The notes: generated by a model from the sequence alone, not told the origin. 64,000 nt of DNA from Acidobacteriota bacterium (GCA_029263335.1 JAJCXS010000263.1:6407-70406), one strand, 5' to 3'. Counted from the stretch's first letter, positions 8,218 through 17,702 are shown. A program made the numbers and translations.

Positions 8218-8802
8218 GTGTCAATGATGGCGAACGACCTTCCCCCCACATCTGCCAGCGGCTTACCGATGCTCTTCAAACATCGGTGGACGATCCCCGT
8301 TCTGGCGGCTCTCGATGAGCTCGACGGTGGTGCGAAGTTCGTCACGTTGCAGAGGCGGCTCGGAGTAAGTCGTGACTCACTGCAACGAACGCTGACCACC
8401 CTGGTTGATACGGGACTGGTGGGCCGCAATCCGGGCTACGGACATCCGATGAGGCCCGAATACACGCTGACGACACGGGGATCCCGGCTGGCACCAGCAT
8501 GCGCTGCTCTCCTAGAAGGGCTCCGCGACCTGGGTGTCGAGGACATCGGCCTCAGGAAATGGTCCCTGCCGCTGACCTACTCGCTGGCGCAGGGGTCCGG
8601 ACGCTTCAACCGATTGTGCGACGATCTAGACGTGACCCCTCGGGCCCTGGCGCAGGCACTCAAAGAGCTGCAGCACGCCGGCCTCGTCGAGCGCCTACTG
8701 GTAGAAGACAGCCCGCCGCGGACGGAATACCGTCTCACGGGCAAGGGAAAGCGCCTGACGCCGCTGATATCCGCCTTGGCGCGCGAGTACATCGCGACCT
8801 GA
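8218..8802 (+). CDS. HxlR-family winged-helix transcriptional regulator (tandem duplicated domain)
   Basis: Two HxlR-like wHTH units (…RWTIPVLAALDE…EYTLT…; …RFNRLCDDLDVTPRALAQALKELQHAGLVERLL…EYRLTGKG). It is divergent from the VOC gene. Confidence 0.6.
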   Translation: MSMMANDLPPTSASGLPMLFKHRWTIPVLAALDELDGGAKFVTLQRRLGVSRDSLQRTLTTLVDTGLVGRNPGYGHPMRPEYTLTTRGSRLAPACAALLEGLRDLGVEDIGLRKWSLPLTYSLAQGSGRFNRLCDDLDVTPRALAQALKELQHAGLVERLLVEDSPPRTEYRLTGKGKRLTPLISALAREYIAT

Positions 8803-8849
8803 CTCAACTGTCGCCACCCAAGCGATTCTGCGCGAGAGCACCGAGTCCA

Positions 8850-11048
8850 TCACTGGCCCTGGACCCATACCGGCAGCTCCGCAGTTGCCCGCGTGCCCGC
8901 CACGAGATCGTGGACGGTCATCTGGATCGTGTGGAATGACGAGGTCAGCGTGTGGGGCAGTTCGACGCCTGCTAGCACCTGGATGGCGCCGGTGGCCGGG
9001 TCGCGGTCTTGCTCGATCACCCGTGCGCGTTCTACCGCCACCACGTTGCCCGTGGGGTCGAGTAGTCTGATCTTGACCTCCCAGGTTGGCTGCAGCGTAG
9101 ATGGGTTGAGGGCGAATCCGTGCATCTGGGAGTAGAACTGCACGACGTCTCCCGGGGCCGCCGTGGCGATCGCCGCCGGGGTGAGCTCGAAGTCGCCGAG
9201 CGCGAAGGGGAACGCCACCGGGCCGTCTTTCTTGTGCTCCGGAGGGTTGTCTGGGTCGAAGCCTCGAAGCATGAGACCGGGGTGCTGCCAGTCGATCGCC
9301 ACCGGCCCGTCGATGAATAGCCCTGCACGTGACCGGTGCGGCACGGGCACATCGTCGGTGCGCGCGCTGATCAGGCCGACCTCCGCATCGCGGATAATCG
9401 TGCGCACCTGGTTGAGCCCGGGACCCGACCACATCAGGTTGTAGTAGTGGAAGGGCAGCCCCGCGCTGCTGCTGTTTCGCATTCGCGCGAGATCGAGGAT
9501 CACCTGGCCGTCCGCCAAGTCCATCATCGTGCCCGAGCTGTTTAGCAGGTAGCTGAACATCTCGAGCTCGACCGTGTCATCGTTGCCGGCCCCCGCTAGC
9601 GCTTCGAGTTGTTCCCATGGCACCTCCACGATCACCGCCACTCGGCTGATGTCGTTCTCGCCCGCGAACGGGGTCACGGCGGTCTCGAACGCCAGTGAGC
9701 TATCCACCAACCCCTTGCTGATGAACTCGGCTAGCTGCGCCTGTTGCTGCATGGGCGACATGGTCTCGAACTTGCCCGGCACGGTCAGCCGCGAAGCGGC
9801 CGAGGTCACGACCGCGGCGTCGCGCCGGACGCTAACGTCGATGTCGAAGCTATCCGGGTCCTCGGGGCGGCGGGGTACGGCCAGCACGTAGTAATTGCGG
9901 GCAGCACGCTCGATGTCGCTCAGCCCGCTCACGATCTTGTTGGTGTTCCAGACGACCGAGCCACCGGTCCCATCGGCCCATATCGTCAGCGAGTTTCGTC
10001 CTGACCTGGTCCTTGCGCCCAGGAGCGAGGGCCTGAAGTTCCCCGGGTCACTGCCCCGGTCGCGTCCACCGGCGAGGCCTGACACGTCGATCATATGCAG
10101 CAATGCGTCCGCTTCCCTCAGGTCCCCGACGGCATCGTCGATCGCGTCGCGCACGTCGGCGCTGCCAAAGCGCTCCTCCGACCCAATCGAAGCGAGGCCT
10201 TCGCCAGGGTTCGTCTGGATCCGATTGGAATCGGCCGCTAGCTCATCGAGAGACTTGCCCACGAGCACTCGGTCCTCGAACCCCTCGGTGAAGAACAGCA
10301 CATGCTTGCGCCCGCGGATGACTTGCATCAGTTCGCCTAGCTGTTGGAGCTGGCTCGCGTAGCGAGCGACGAAGTTGGTGTATTGGGCGAACTCGGACCG
10401 TTTCACCATTCCTATGATCTCCTCGATCGCAACATCGGCCTCGGTCTTGCCACCCGAGGCATCGCCCGCCCCGGCCGCCCCCTCCATAAGATCGGCGATG
10501 AAGCCGGCGCGGTCGATGTTGCGAGTGGCCTGGGTCAGTCCGAGCCCGTCGATCGCGGTCCGGATCTGCACGCGGTCGCGCGTCAGGGGCACGATCGTGC
10601 GAACACCTTCGACCACGTTGTAGGTGACGACACTGACGAGGTCCTCGGGCAGCACGCTCTCGTCGAGAAACGCCAACGCGGCCTTGCGCGCCTCGAGAAC
10701 ACCGCGCGGGGAGTTGAACGCGGCATCGAACAGCATGACCCACTGACGCCAGGCCGCCGCGGGCAACGAGGAGTAGGGGAGCGGCCCGCCGTCCCTGGTG
10801 CCCCGGGGCGCGCGATTGACCTCGTAGGCGAGGACAAGCTCCCGCGGCTCACCGTCGACCCGAACCTCGAAGTCCTGAGTCACCAGCCCGGGAACGAACA
10901 GGCCTTCGTCGTCGGCTACGTTCACCTGAAACTGGATCAGTTCCACGTTGCTGCGGAACTGTGGCCGGGGCAGCGACTGTGCCCATCCGACCGTCTTCGG
11001 GAGGCATGCCAGCAACACTAGAACCGTAACTCGCGCGCGCCAGGCCAT
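8850..11048 (-). CDS. exported vWA-domain protein with conserved N-terminal 'FRS' module (resembles the VWFA-related Acidobacterial domain family)
   Basis: Signal peptide (MAWRARVTVLVLLACLPKTVGWAQS). The N-terminal module is PQFRSNVELIQFQVNVADDEGLFVPGLVTQDFEVRVDGEPREL. A vWA core (VMLFDAAFNS…) follows, then a long C-terminal region. Confidence 0.65.
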   Translation of the reverse strand: MAWRARVTVLVLLACLPKTVGWAQSLPRPQFRSNVELIQFQVNVADDEGLFVPGLVTQDFEVRVDGEPRELVLAYEVNRAPRGTRDGGPLPYSSLPAAAWRQWVMLFDAAFNSPRGVLEARKAALAFLDESVLPEDLVSVVTYNVVEGVRTIVPLTRDRVQIRTAIDGLGLTQATRNIDRAGFIADLMEGAAGAGDASGGKTEADVAIEEIIGMVKRSEFAQYTNFVARYASQLQQLGELMQVIRGRKHVLFFTEGFEDRVLVGKSLDELAADSNRIQTNPGEGLASIGSEERFGSADVRDAIDDAVGDLREADALLHMIDVSGLAGGRDRGSDPGNFRPSLLGARTRSGRNSLTIWADGTGGSVVWNTNKIVSGLSDIERAARNYYVLAVPRRPEDPDSFDIDVSVRRDAAVVTSAASRLTVPGKFETMSPMQQQAQLAEFISKGLVDSSLAFETAVTPFAGENDISRVAVIVEVPWEQLEALAGAGNDDTVELEMFSYLLNSSGTMMDLADGQVILDLARMRNSSSAGLPFHYYNLMWSGPGLNQVRTIIRDAEVGLISARTDDVPVPHRSRAGLFIDGPVAIDWQHPGLMLRGFDPDNPPEHKKDGPVAFPFALGDFELTPAAIATAAPGDVVQFYSQMHGFALNPSTLQPTWEVKIRLLDPTGNVVAVERARVIEQDRDPATGAIQVLAGVELPHTLTSSFHTIQMTVHDLVAGTRATAELPVWVQGQ

Positions 11049-11104
11049 GTGCGTTCCGCTCCTCAGGGGACGAGGTGGATCGTATTCGTCGCGAGTGAAC
11101 TCAA

Positions 11105-11130
11105 CAACAGGAACCCGGTGATTCCCTGTT
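11105..11130. promoter_or_regulatory. inverted repeat AACAGG-N14-CCTGTT in divergent promoter region
   Basis: It lies between the divergent vWA gene (8850..11048) and NHL gene (11233..12597). Confidence 0.25.
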
Positions 11131-11232
11131 TTACGGGATGCGCGGCCCCGTGTCGTAGATTTCCTCCTGATGCGGTCTTACTAGGCAGGACGCGGACCGA
11201 GGCTGACGGTCGTCCCTACGCAGGAGGGCGAG

Positions 11233-12597
11233 ATGAGTTCACGAGACAGGTGGGGGGGGCTTTGTCGCGGGCGGCGGCTCGTCCGGATGAACGCACTTGC
11301 CGTTGCCGCCCTGGCAGCCTCGGCATGTTGGGCTCCGGAGTCAGGGACAAGCGTGAGCGGTCCGGGCAGCTGGCGCGGCGAAATCCTGTCGGGCGAGGTG
11401 ACAACCGTACGTACCTTGGATGGTCTCGCCTGGGACGTGCCATACAGCCTTGACCTCTCGTTCAGCCTGGGTGCGGAAGAAGGCGCCGATGGCCCACTCT
11501 TCGGGGCACTGGGCGGGGTGGCCGTTGGTGAATCCAGAATCTACGCCGTCGATAACGAAGCCCAGGTGGTCAGGGTCTACGACCTTGGCGGAAGGTACGT
11601 GGGCGATATCGGCGGACCCGGCGAAGGACCCGGAGAGTTTCGATATCCGAAAGGAGTGGGGCTCACCGCCGATGGACGTCTGCTCGTTCAGGACAATTCA
11701 GCCCGAGAGATCCACGTGTTCGATGCGAGCGGGCAGTTCCTCGAATCGTGGCGCCGGCCGCTCATCACCAAGATCTGGGACGACCGGTTCCTCGTGACTC
11801 CCGAGGGGAAGGCCTTCATCTGGGAACTCCAGAACCCGGGCGAGGCCGACAGTGACGACTGGGCGATGACGCGGTATGGCCAGGACGGGCTCGAGGATCT
11901 GACCATCGCGACGCCCGCCTTTGGAGAGAACGAGGATTATGTGCGCTGGGGGCTCGGATGGGACGCTGGCGCAGCTGCTGAGCCGTTCGCCATGATCCGA
12001 CAGTGGGCGATGACTCCTGATGGAACGCTGGTGGTGGCGCCCGCTGATGAGTACCAGCTGGAAATCCGTCCTCTCGGCGGGGCTGCCTGGCACATAGAGC
12101 GCGCTGTTGATCGTGTCGCTGTGCAGCCAGGGGAGTTCGAATGGGCAGTCCGCAACATCGTTCTCGCGGCGCGCGCGCAAAGCCCGGGATGGGAGTGGAC
12201 CGGCTCGACATCGCCGGATACCAAGCCCTTCGTGAAGAGGGTGTACTGGGGCGGGAGCGGAACGCTCTGGGTTCTTCGCGAGCTGGAGGCTACGAGGGTT
12301 GCGGGCTGTGCGACCGCTTCCGAGGACCTGACCCAACGACTCGAACGACCGTGCTGGAAAGCGAACCAGGTATTCGAGGTCTTCGATGCCGACGGCCGTC
12401 TGGCGACGGTTGTCCCGTACACCGGCAGGATCCACCAGTTCGTGCCCCCGGTGATCTCGGACGACGCGGTCCTGATGGCAGAGGAAGACGCGAACGGGAA
12501 CGCGATCCTGTCGTGGTATCGCCTGGTGCCGGGACCGGGTGATGAGGGTCCCGCTCGGCGTTACGAGCGGCTAGACGGCGGTTCGGGGATCAGGTGA
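11233..12597 (+). CDS. NHL-repeat 6-bladed beta-propeller lipoprotein (paralog 2)
   Basis: AGGAGG lies 5 nt upstream of the ATG. Signal/lipobox (…LAVAALAASAC). NHL motifs (GGPGEGPGEFRYPKGVGLTADGRLLVQDNSAREIHVFD). The C-terminus carries a …RPCW…VFDADGRL motif. Confidence 0.6.
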   Translation: MSSRDRWGGLCRGRRLVRMNALAVAALAASACWAPESGTSVSGPGSWRGEILSGEVTTVRTLDGLAWDVPYSLDLSFSLGAEEGADGPLFGALGGVAVGESRIYAVDNEAQVVRVYDLGGRYVGDIGGPGEGPGEFRYPKGVGLTADGRLLVQDNSAREIHVFDASGQFLESWRRPLITKIWDDRFLVTPEGKAFIWELQNPGEADSDDWAMTRYGQDGLEDLTIATPAFGENEDYVRWGLGWDAGAAAEPFAMIRQWAMTPDGTLVVAPADEYQLEIRPLGGAAWHIERAVDRVAVQPGEFEWAVRNIVLAARAQSPGWEWTGSTSPDTKPFVKRVYWGGSGTLWVLRELEATRVAGCATASEDLTQRLERPCWKANQVFEVFDADGRLATVVPYTGRIHQFVPPVISDDAVLMAEEDANGNAILSWYRLVPGPGDEGPARRYERLDGGSGIR

Positions 12598-13257
12598 CGG
12601 CCGTCGGGCTGCCGCACTCGTCAGGTGGAGCATGCGGACGAGGCCGGCGAACACCCACGAGCCGACGATGCTCTGGACGAGAACGAGTGCCACATAAACG
12701 TACGCTGGCGCCGACGGTGCCCCGGGACTTTGGAGCGCAGCGTAGAGAGCCACGCACGAGATCGTGACCGAGCTGACGAGCAGGTAGGCAGGGTAGATGT
12801 CGCGCAGCTCCCATCCAAGGCCTCGCCGGCGGAGGATCACTGGCCCGAAGGCCATCATCGCCAGCAGCGGGAGCGTCTGTAAGTGGCCGTTCGTGGTGAG
12901 CTTGGCAACGATGATTATGGCGAGCCCGCCAGCCAAGCCGAGGGCGCATTCTGCGCGGAGGAGAGTCTTCTTTGTCGAGTCCATTGGTAGCTCCGAGTTG
13001 AGTGAGCCGCAAGCATCGCGCCAGGTTGCCCCCTCCCGCGCGGCGCGATGCTGGGCGCGTAGAAGGTCGAGGTCGCCCAGCTCTAGCTTGGCGACCTTTC
13101 TCGCGTTGTCCGGGGCCATTCCCGCGGCACGCTTGTCAGCGGTCAGTTCCCGGAGGTGCGTTCGCAGTTCCGCTTCGAAGTCGCGGTCAAGCTGCACGCG
13201 GTTGAGCCGGCACCATATCTGATGGCCCAGGCGTCGAAAGGCCAGCCAGCTCATCAC
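12571..13257 (-). CDS. PadR-associated membrane protein (permease-prefix-like N-terminal domain + 4 TM, no FtsX domain)
   Basis: The N-terminus (LAFRRLGHQIW…DFEAELRTHLRELTADKRAAGMAPDNARKVAKLELGD) resembles the prefix region of Acidobacterial PadR-linked permeases. Four TM helices follow. It overlaps the PadR gene by 4 bp. Confidence 0.5.
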   Translation of the reverse strand: MMSWLAFRRLGHQIWCRLNRVQLDRDFEAELRTHLRELTADKRAAGMAPDNARKVAKLELGDLDLLRAQHRAAREGATWRDACGSLNSELPMDSTKKTLLRAECALGLAGGLAIIIVAKLTTNGHLQTLPLLAMMAFGPVILRRRGLGWELRDIYPAYLLVSSVTISCVALYAALQSPGAPSAPAYVYVALVLVQSIVGSWVFAGLVRMLHLTSAAARRPSPDPRTAV

Positions 13258-13592
13258 TGACTTCCAGCCGGGACGAGCGCTGTTTGCATGATCGCCGCAA
13301 GGCGCTGCCAGGCATCTGTCTCGCGTGCCAACTGCCTGCTTCCCGGGCCAGTGATCAGGTAGAACTTAGCGCGGCGATTGTTGTCGGAAAGCCCCCACTC
13401 GGAACGAATCCAGCCATTCTGTTGGAGGCGCACGAGCGAGGCGTACACGGTGCCGGGGTTTAGCGAGAGCTGATGGGAACTCATCTCCTCCAGCAGCTTC
13501 CCAATGCCATATCCGTGCATGCGGCCCTGTGCTGCCAGCGTCTGCAGTACGAGGAGATCGAGGGTGCCGGGCAGTAGGTCGAGCTTGTCCAT
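13254..13592 (-). CDS. PadR-family transcriptional regulator
   Basis: MHGYGIGKLLEE…LNPGTVYASLVRLQQNGWIRSEWG…NNRRAKFYLITGPG is a canonical PadR wHTH. Confidence 0.8.
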   Translation of the reverse strand: MDKLDLLPGTLDLLVLQTLAAQGRMHGYGIGKLLEEMSSHQLSLNPGTVYASLVRLQQNGWIRSEWGLSDNNRRAKFYLITGPGSRQLARETDAWQRLAAIMQTALVPAGSQ

Positions 13593-13682
13593 AGCGCCTC
13601 CATTGGTTGGGCCAAAGGTACAGCTACGACCTCTCTTTGGTCAAGCCAAAGATAGGGGATACGGAAATCTGCTGATCCGGGT

Positions 13683-15728
13683 CTATTCGGGACGCTGGTG
13701 GATCCCTCGCACGGCCTCTTCGATCGTGCGGAACGACGCTTCCAGCTCGTCTGCGACCTCGTCGAGGTTCTGGGTGTCGTGTATTCGAAATGAAGTGGTC
13801 GCCCACTCGCGGCCCACGGGATCTTCCACGACCAGCTGTCCTTGAACGGCGATCCAGGGGCCGTTCGCGCTCGCTTCGGTGATTCGTATCCTCAGCAGGA
13901 GGTCACTGGACTCCAGTGCCCAACCGGTCTGCATGACATCTGACCTCTCGGCGAGGTTTACAACCGCGGCCGTCAATCGAGGTGATGCGAGCATCGCGAT
14001 GAGGCCCCCGGACGTTTCGGCTTGGACGGCGATCCGCGGGTTAACCGGTGGCTTCGTCAGGTCGACCGGACGGGCCGCTACGAGCTGCAGCTTCTCGATG
14101 AGTTCCGCGACTTCCGAACCTCGGTAGTGAGCGCTCAGGGCGCGTTCCCAGGCGACCTCGAAGTTCCCCACTTCGAATTGCGCGTGAGCGACTCGAGCAT
14201 TCAGATCGGGAAGCCACGGGGCATGTTTGCGGGCCTCCTCGAACGCCGGGAGACTCTCCTCGTGGCGGTACAAGCCAGCGAGAGCGAGAGCCCGGCCGTA
14301 GTGCGTGAGCCCAAGCGCCGGTCCTAGCGATACCGCTGTGCCGAACCGCTGTAGCGCCCGCTCGGTCTCTCCTTCCGCCAGTTCTCGAAAACCACGCAGG
14401 GCGACATCCATCGCCGCGCCTTCTGACTTGCCCTGACCTGTCACGAGATCCGCTACGGTCAGAACCTCCACGTCGTTGCGATCGACACGGACCTCGATTT
14501 CCGATTCCTGGATGAGAGCAGTTGCGTTCTCAGGGTCGGTGGTTGGCACGAAGCCGAGGACGTAATGCCCACGCAGCGCCTGCCCTAGACGTTCCATACC
14601 TTGAATAGCGGTGCGTTGTCCTCGTAGTTGCGTCTGGACGTACTTTCCGGTGTGCCTCTCGAACCTGCCCTTGATGGCCCGAAGGACGATTCCGCCCGTG
14701 TACTTGGCCAGGGTCTGGAGCGGGCCCACGTACGCGTCGTTTGCGTTCGCCAACCGCTGTCTCGTGCGGACGCTCGCGGTGGCGCGAGGCTGCATGGGAC
14801 CTACGGCGAGTGCGAAGACCGGGATGCCGCTGCCCCAGGCGCTTAGCAGCACGTCCTCCAGGCGTGCCTGGCTCGCGGTGTCTCGCTCGTCGGTCACCAT
14901 CACCACGGCGCGGCGGACTTCTTCGCCTTGCTGTTGCGGTCGGGTAACTACGCAGCTGCCCTGCGCGGGCATCGACGGCGTGATTCGGGCCGCGGGCGAC
15001 CGAAAGCGCATCAGCTGGGCGAAGTCTAGCGGCGAGGTGATTGTCACCGATGCGCCCGATCGTGCTCTCAGGGCCGTGAATGCAGCGATAAGGGAGTCGT
15101 ATGCAGCCTCACTCGGTCCGACCTGGGGTATCTGGTCGATCGTGTTCCTGAGTTGTGGATCTGAAGGATGCCCCCAAATGCCCTGGGCCACGCGCTCACG
15201 GAATGGGAGAAGGAGCACGCAACTCGATGGGTGAAGTTCGTCCAGAAGCGTATGGAAGACATCCCGTGACGACCATTTCATCATGCTCCCGCTGGCATCC
15301 ATGGCAATGGCCACTTCGAGGGGTCCGTTCTCAGGACCGAAGAACACCGACAAGGGGCGTTCTTGACCGTCCTGCAGAACGACGAAGTCCGACGGGTCCA
15401 GGTCCGTAACCGGACCGCCGTCCCTCGCGAACACCGCCACTTGAAGGCGGACGATCTCCGCTGTGGAGCGGAACGTCGGCCGATCCTGCATCCCCTGCGC
15501 AGTGGTGCTGTGCAGAAGAAGGGCCGCGGCAAGCAGACACGTCCTGTGCCGCTGGCGCTGCCCTGCGCGGGGGCGCCCCGCTTTCATGGGGGATGGGGTC
15601 TCGTCGGCGAGTCCCCAGACGACGAAACCACTGGCGACGCTCAGAAGCGACACGATGGCCGTGATGGCCCAGTTGGATAACAACGGCCGGCCACTAGTCT
15701 CGTCTGCCGCCGGCTCCCTACCGTTCAC
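13683..15728 (-). CDS. membrane-anchored FRS-module/vWA/TPR protein (paralog of 8850..11048)
   Basis: It has an N-terminal TM/signal, then the module DRPTFRSTAEIVRLQVAVFARDGGPVTDLDPSDFVVLQDGQERPLSVF. It has vWA (VAIAMDASGSMM), TPR-like repeats and a C-terminal domain. It is co-directional with the NHL gene 55 bp upstream. Confidence 0.65.
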   Translation of the reverse strand: MNGREPAADETSGRPLLSNWAITAIVSLLSVASGFVVWGLADETPSPMKAGRPRAGQRQRHRTCLLAAALLLHSTTAQGMQDRPTFRSTAEIVRLQVAVFARDGGPVTDLDPSDFVVLQDGQERPLSVFFGPENGPLEVAIAMDASGSMMKWSSRDVFHTLLDELHPSSCVLLLPFRERVAQGIWGHPSDPQLRNTIDQIPQVGPSEAAYDSLIAAFTALRARSGASVTITSPLDFAQLMRFRSPAARITPSMPAQGSCVVTRPQQQGEEVRRAVVMVTDERDTASQARLEDVLLSAWGSGIPVFALAVGPMQPRATASVRTRQRLANANDAYVGPLQTLAKYTGGIVLRAIKGRFERHTGKYVQTQLRGQRTAIQGMERLGQALRGHYVLGFVPTTDPENATALIQESEIEVRVDRNDVEVLTVADLVTGQGKSEGAAMDVALRGFRELAEGETERALQRFGTAVSLGPALGLTHYGRALALAGLYRHEESLPAFEEARKHAPWLPDLNARVAHAQFEVGNFEVAWERALSAHYRGSEVAELIEKLQLVAARPVDLTKPPVNPRIAVQAETSGGLIAMLASPRLTAAVVNLAERSDVMQTGWALESSDLLLRIRITEASANGPWIAVQGQLVVEDPVGREWATTSFRIHDTQNLDEVADELEASFRTIEEAVRGIHQRPE

Positions 15729-15783
15729 CAGATTACTCAGTTTGCGCGAAGGACCCTCCCACGGCGAGAAGCCGCGGCCATCC

Positions 15784-17142
15784 TCAGTCGGGGACGATCA
15801 AGCGATACAGCTGTAGAAACGAGTTGCCGTCGCGCCCTTTCATGTGAATGAGCACGAGGTCCCGGCGAACTACCGGATGCGGGATCAGCTGTGCGCCGAC
15901 GGGCAGGGCCACGGTTCCAACGTACGTTCCGTCCACGCGGAAAGCGTCCATAGAGTACGTATCTTCCCAACACGGCGACTCCCTGAATTCGTCCACCGTG
16001 TCCGCCGCATCGTTGCAGGCCGACCAACGCTTTCCCCTGCCAGCTCGAATCACCCAGAAACGACCGCGATCGTCCGCAGCGATACCGGCGAAGAAGGGCT
16101 TGCGCAATGGGAACGCGTCCCTGTTCGGTAGCCAACCCGACGCTGCAGTCCCCCGTTTGATCGCCGCCGCGACCCTTCCGCGATGCCAGTTGCCCTCGCC
16201 GAAGGCGATGGCCGATGCCTGTCCGCGAAGTTCAAGGTGGGCGCTTTGCAGCGTCCCGCCGTAGTGCAGGTCGATCAGCGGATCGTTCGCGATCCCGATC
16301 GCGATGCTGCCTGAGGGCGCCACCGCCCAGTGGGCCCGTGGGAAGAACGGCGCATCTATTAGGACCGTGTGTCGTTCGTTTAGCTGCAACTCGACGCGCG
16401 TCGCCTCGAAGCCGAGATGCGGTACGGCGCGTGTCTGTAGCTCTCCTCGCAAGTCGCCAGCGTAGGTGACGATAGACCACTTGTTCTGGTACGGACCTGG
16501 CCCTAGTCGTTCCATGACCGCTGGCAGCAAGACCGACCCGTCGGCAGCTACCACGAAAGCTACGTTGTCGACCGCCGTCGACCTCGTATCGGTCCGCGTC
16601 GATTCCAGGTGCGCTCCATTGGCGTCGAATTCGAGAAAGGACATCCGATCGCGGACCCAGACGTGACCCGCCGAGTCGGTCGTGATCACTCTTGGCGCCC
16701 CGTACTCCCCGGGCCCTTCTCCCTGACGTCCGACGAGGCCTGCATGAGTACCCCGAAAGTCAAAAGCATGGACGACCTGGTTGGCCGCAGCACCGTCAAG
16801 GGCATAGATACGGGTTGGGCCGACCGACATACTCTTCACGCTATTGAAGAAGTACTCTGGCCGGTTCTCCCCAGGCCCACCGATTGTTGCGATCAACTCC
16901 AGAGCGGCACGGGCACCCCACTCCGAGTCAGCCATTGAGCTGCCCGCCGCTACGTCTCCCCAGTCGCCGGCAACGCCGTCTTCCGGAGAGCCGTAGTCCT
17001 CGCGCCCCGCGAGCAAGGAGCCGACCGGCTCCGACTCGTCAGCACACGAGGCCATCAGCAAACTAGCAACCAGCAGAAGCCCGGCGAAGCGTTGCGAATC
17101 CAAACCACAAGTTGCGACTCCTCGCCAGACTTGATTTGACAA
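15784..17142 (-). CDS. NHL-repeat 6-bladed beta-propeller lipoprotein (paralog 3)
   Basis: Lipobox (LLVASLLMASC). NHL motifs (GGPGENRPEYFFNSV…; GRQGEGPGEYGAPRVITTDSAGHVWVRD). C-terminal …SPCW…FRVDGTYVGTV as in paralog 2. Confidence 0.6.
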   Translation of the reverse strand: MSNQVWRGVATCGLDSQRFAGLLLVASLLMASCADESEPVGSLLAGREDYGSPEDGVAGDWGDVAAGSSMADSEWGARAALELIATIGGPGENRPEYFFNSVKSMSVGPTRIYALDGAAANQVVHAFDFRGTHAGLVGRQGEGPGEYGAPRVITTDSAGHVWVRDRMSFLEFDANGAHLESTRTDTRSTAVDNVAFVVAADGSVLLPAVMERLGPGPYQNKWSIVTYAGDLRGELQTRAVPHLGFEATRVELQLNERHTVLIDAPFFPRAHWAVAPSGSIAIGIANDPLIDLHYGGTLQSAHLELRGQASAIAFGEGNWHRGRVAAAIKRGTAASGWLPNRDAFPLRKPFFAGIAADDRGRFWVIRAGRGKRWSACNDAADTVDEFRESPCWEDTYSMDAFRVDGTYVGTVALPVGAQLIPHPVVRRDLVLIHMKGRDGNSFLQLYRLIVPD

Positions 17143-17348
17143 TGGAGTTGTCTCACAGATCAGGGGGGTGATTTGGAGCGATGTCCGCGGGCGCCACTGG
17201 CCTGCGTCGTCATAAACAGCGGGAGCGGTGTGTTTACGAGATTCGGACGCCGTCTGACCGTGGCGACAGGTGCCCTATCGTCCAATAACGGCTCAATAAT
17301 GATTAGATGATTGTGAAAGGGACTGTAAACAGTCAAAATTGATCTGTT

Positions 17349-17702
17349 GTGAAGAACCAACGTGGCACGGATAAGGTCGTTCTCGAGGACTTGGGAACCC
17401 GGATAGCCCGGCATCGCCTCAATCGCGACTGGACGCAGCGACGGCTGGGCGACGAAGCCGGCGTGTCGTTGCCGACCGTTTCGCGGCTCGAGCGGGGCGA
17501 GTCGACGAGTTTGGTGAACCTCGTCCGTGTGTTGCGCGCGCTAGGTCTGCTGGACAATGTCGCCGATCTGGTTCCGGACATTCCTTTGAGTCCAGTGCAG
17601 CAACTTCGCAGCAGCCGGCCGACGAAGCAGCGTGCGTCGCGGCGACGGCAACCCGACAAGGTCACTCGGCCGCGCCCCTGGCAATGGGGTGACTCACAAT
17701 GA
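17349..17702 (+). CDS. hipB: HipB-like XRE-family HTH antitoxin
   Basis: HTH_XRE (…RLGDEAGVSLPTVSRLERGE…). Its stop overlaps the hipA start (ATGA). It is preceded by an AT-rich region. Confidence 0.6.
   Translation: MKNQRGTDKVVLEDLGTRIARHRLNRDWTQRRLGDEAGVSLPTVSRLERGESTSLVNLVRVLRALGLLDNVADLVPDIPLSPVQQLRSSRPTKQRASRRRQPDKVTRPRPWQWGDSQ

Noticed and set aside
10344-11021. Numerous 60-300-aa ORFs antisense to or out of frame with large genes (e.g. 10344..11021 +, 26019..26909 +, 25158..25967 +, 58979..59893 +, 35720..36799 +, 47006..48025 +)
   Set aside because: In ~68% GC DNA, stop-poor alternative frames are expected. The translations are Arg/Ala/Gly/Pro-rich, have no motifs, and lie fully within well-supported genes.
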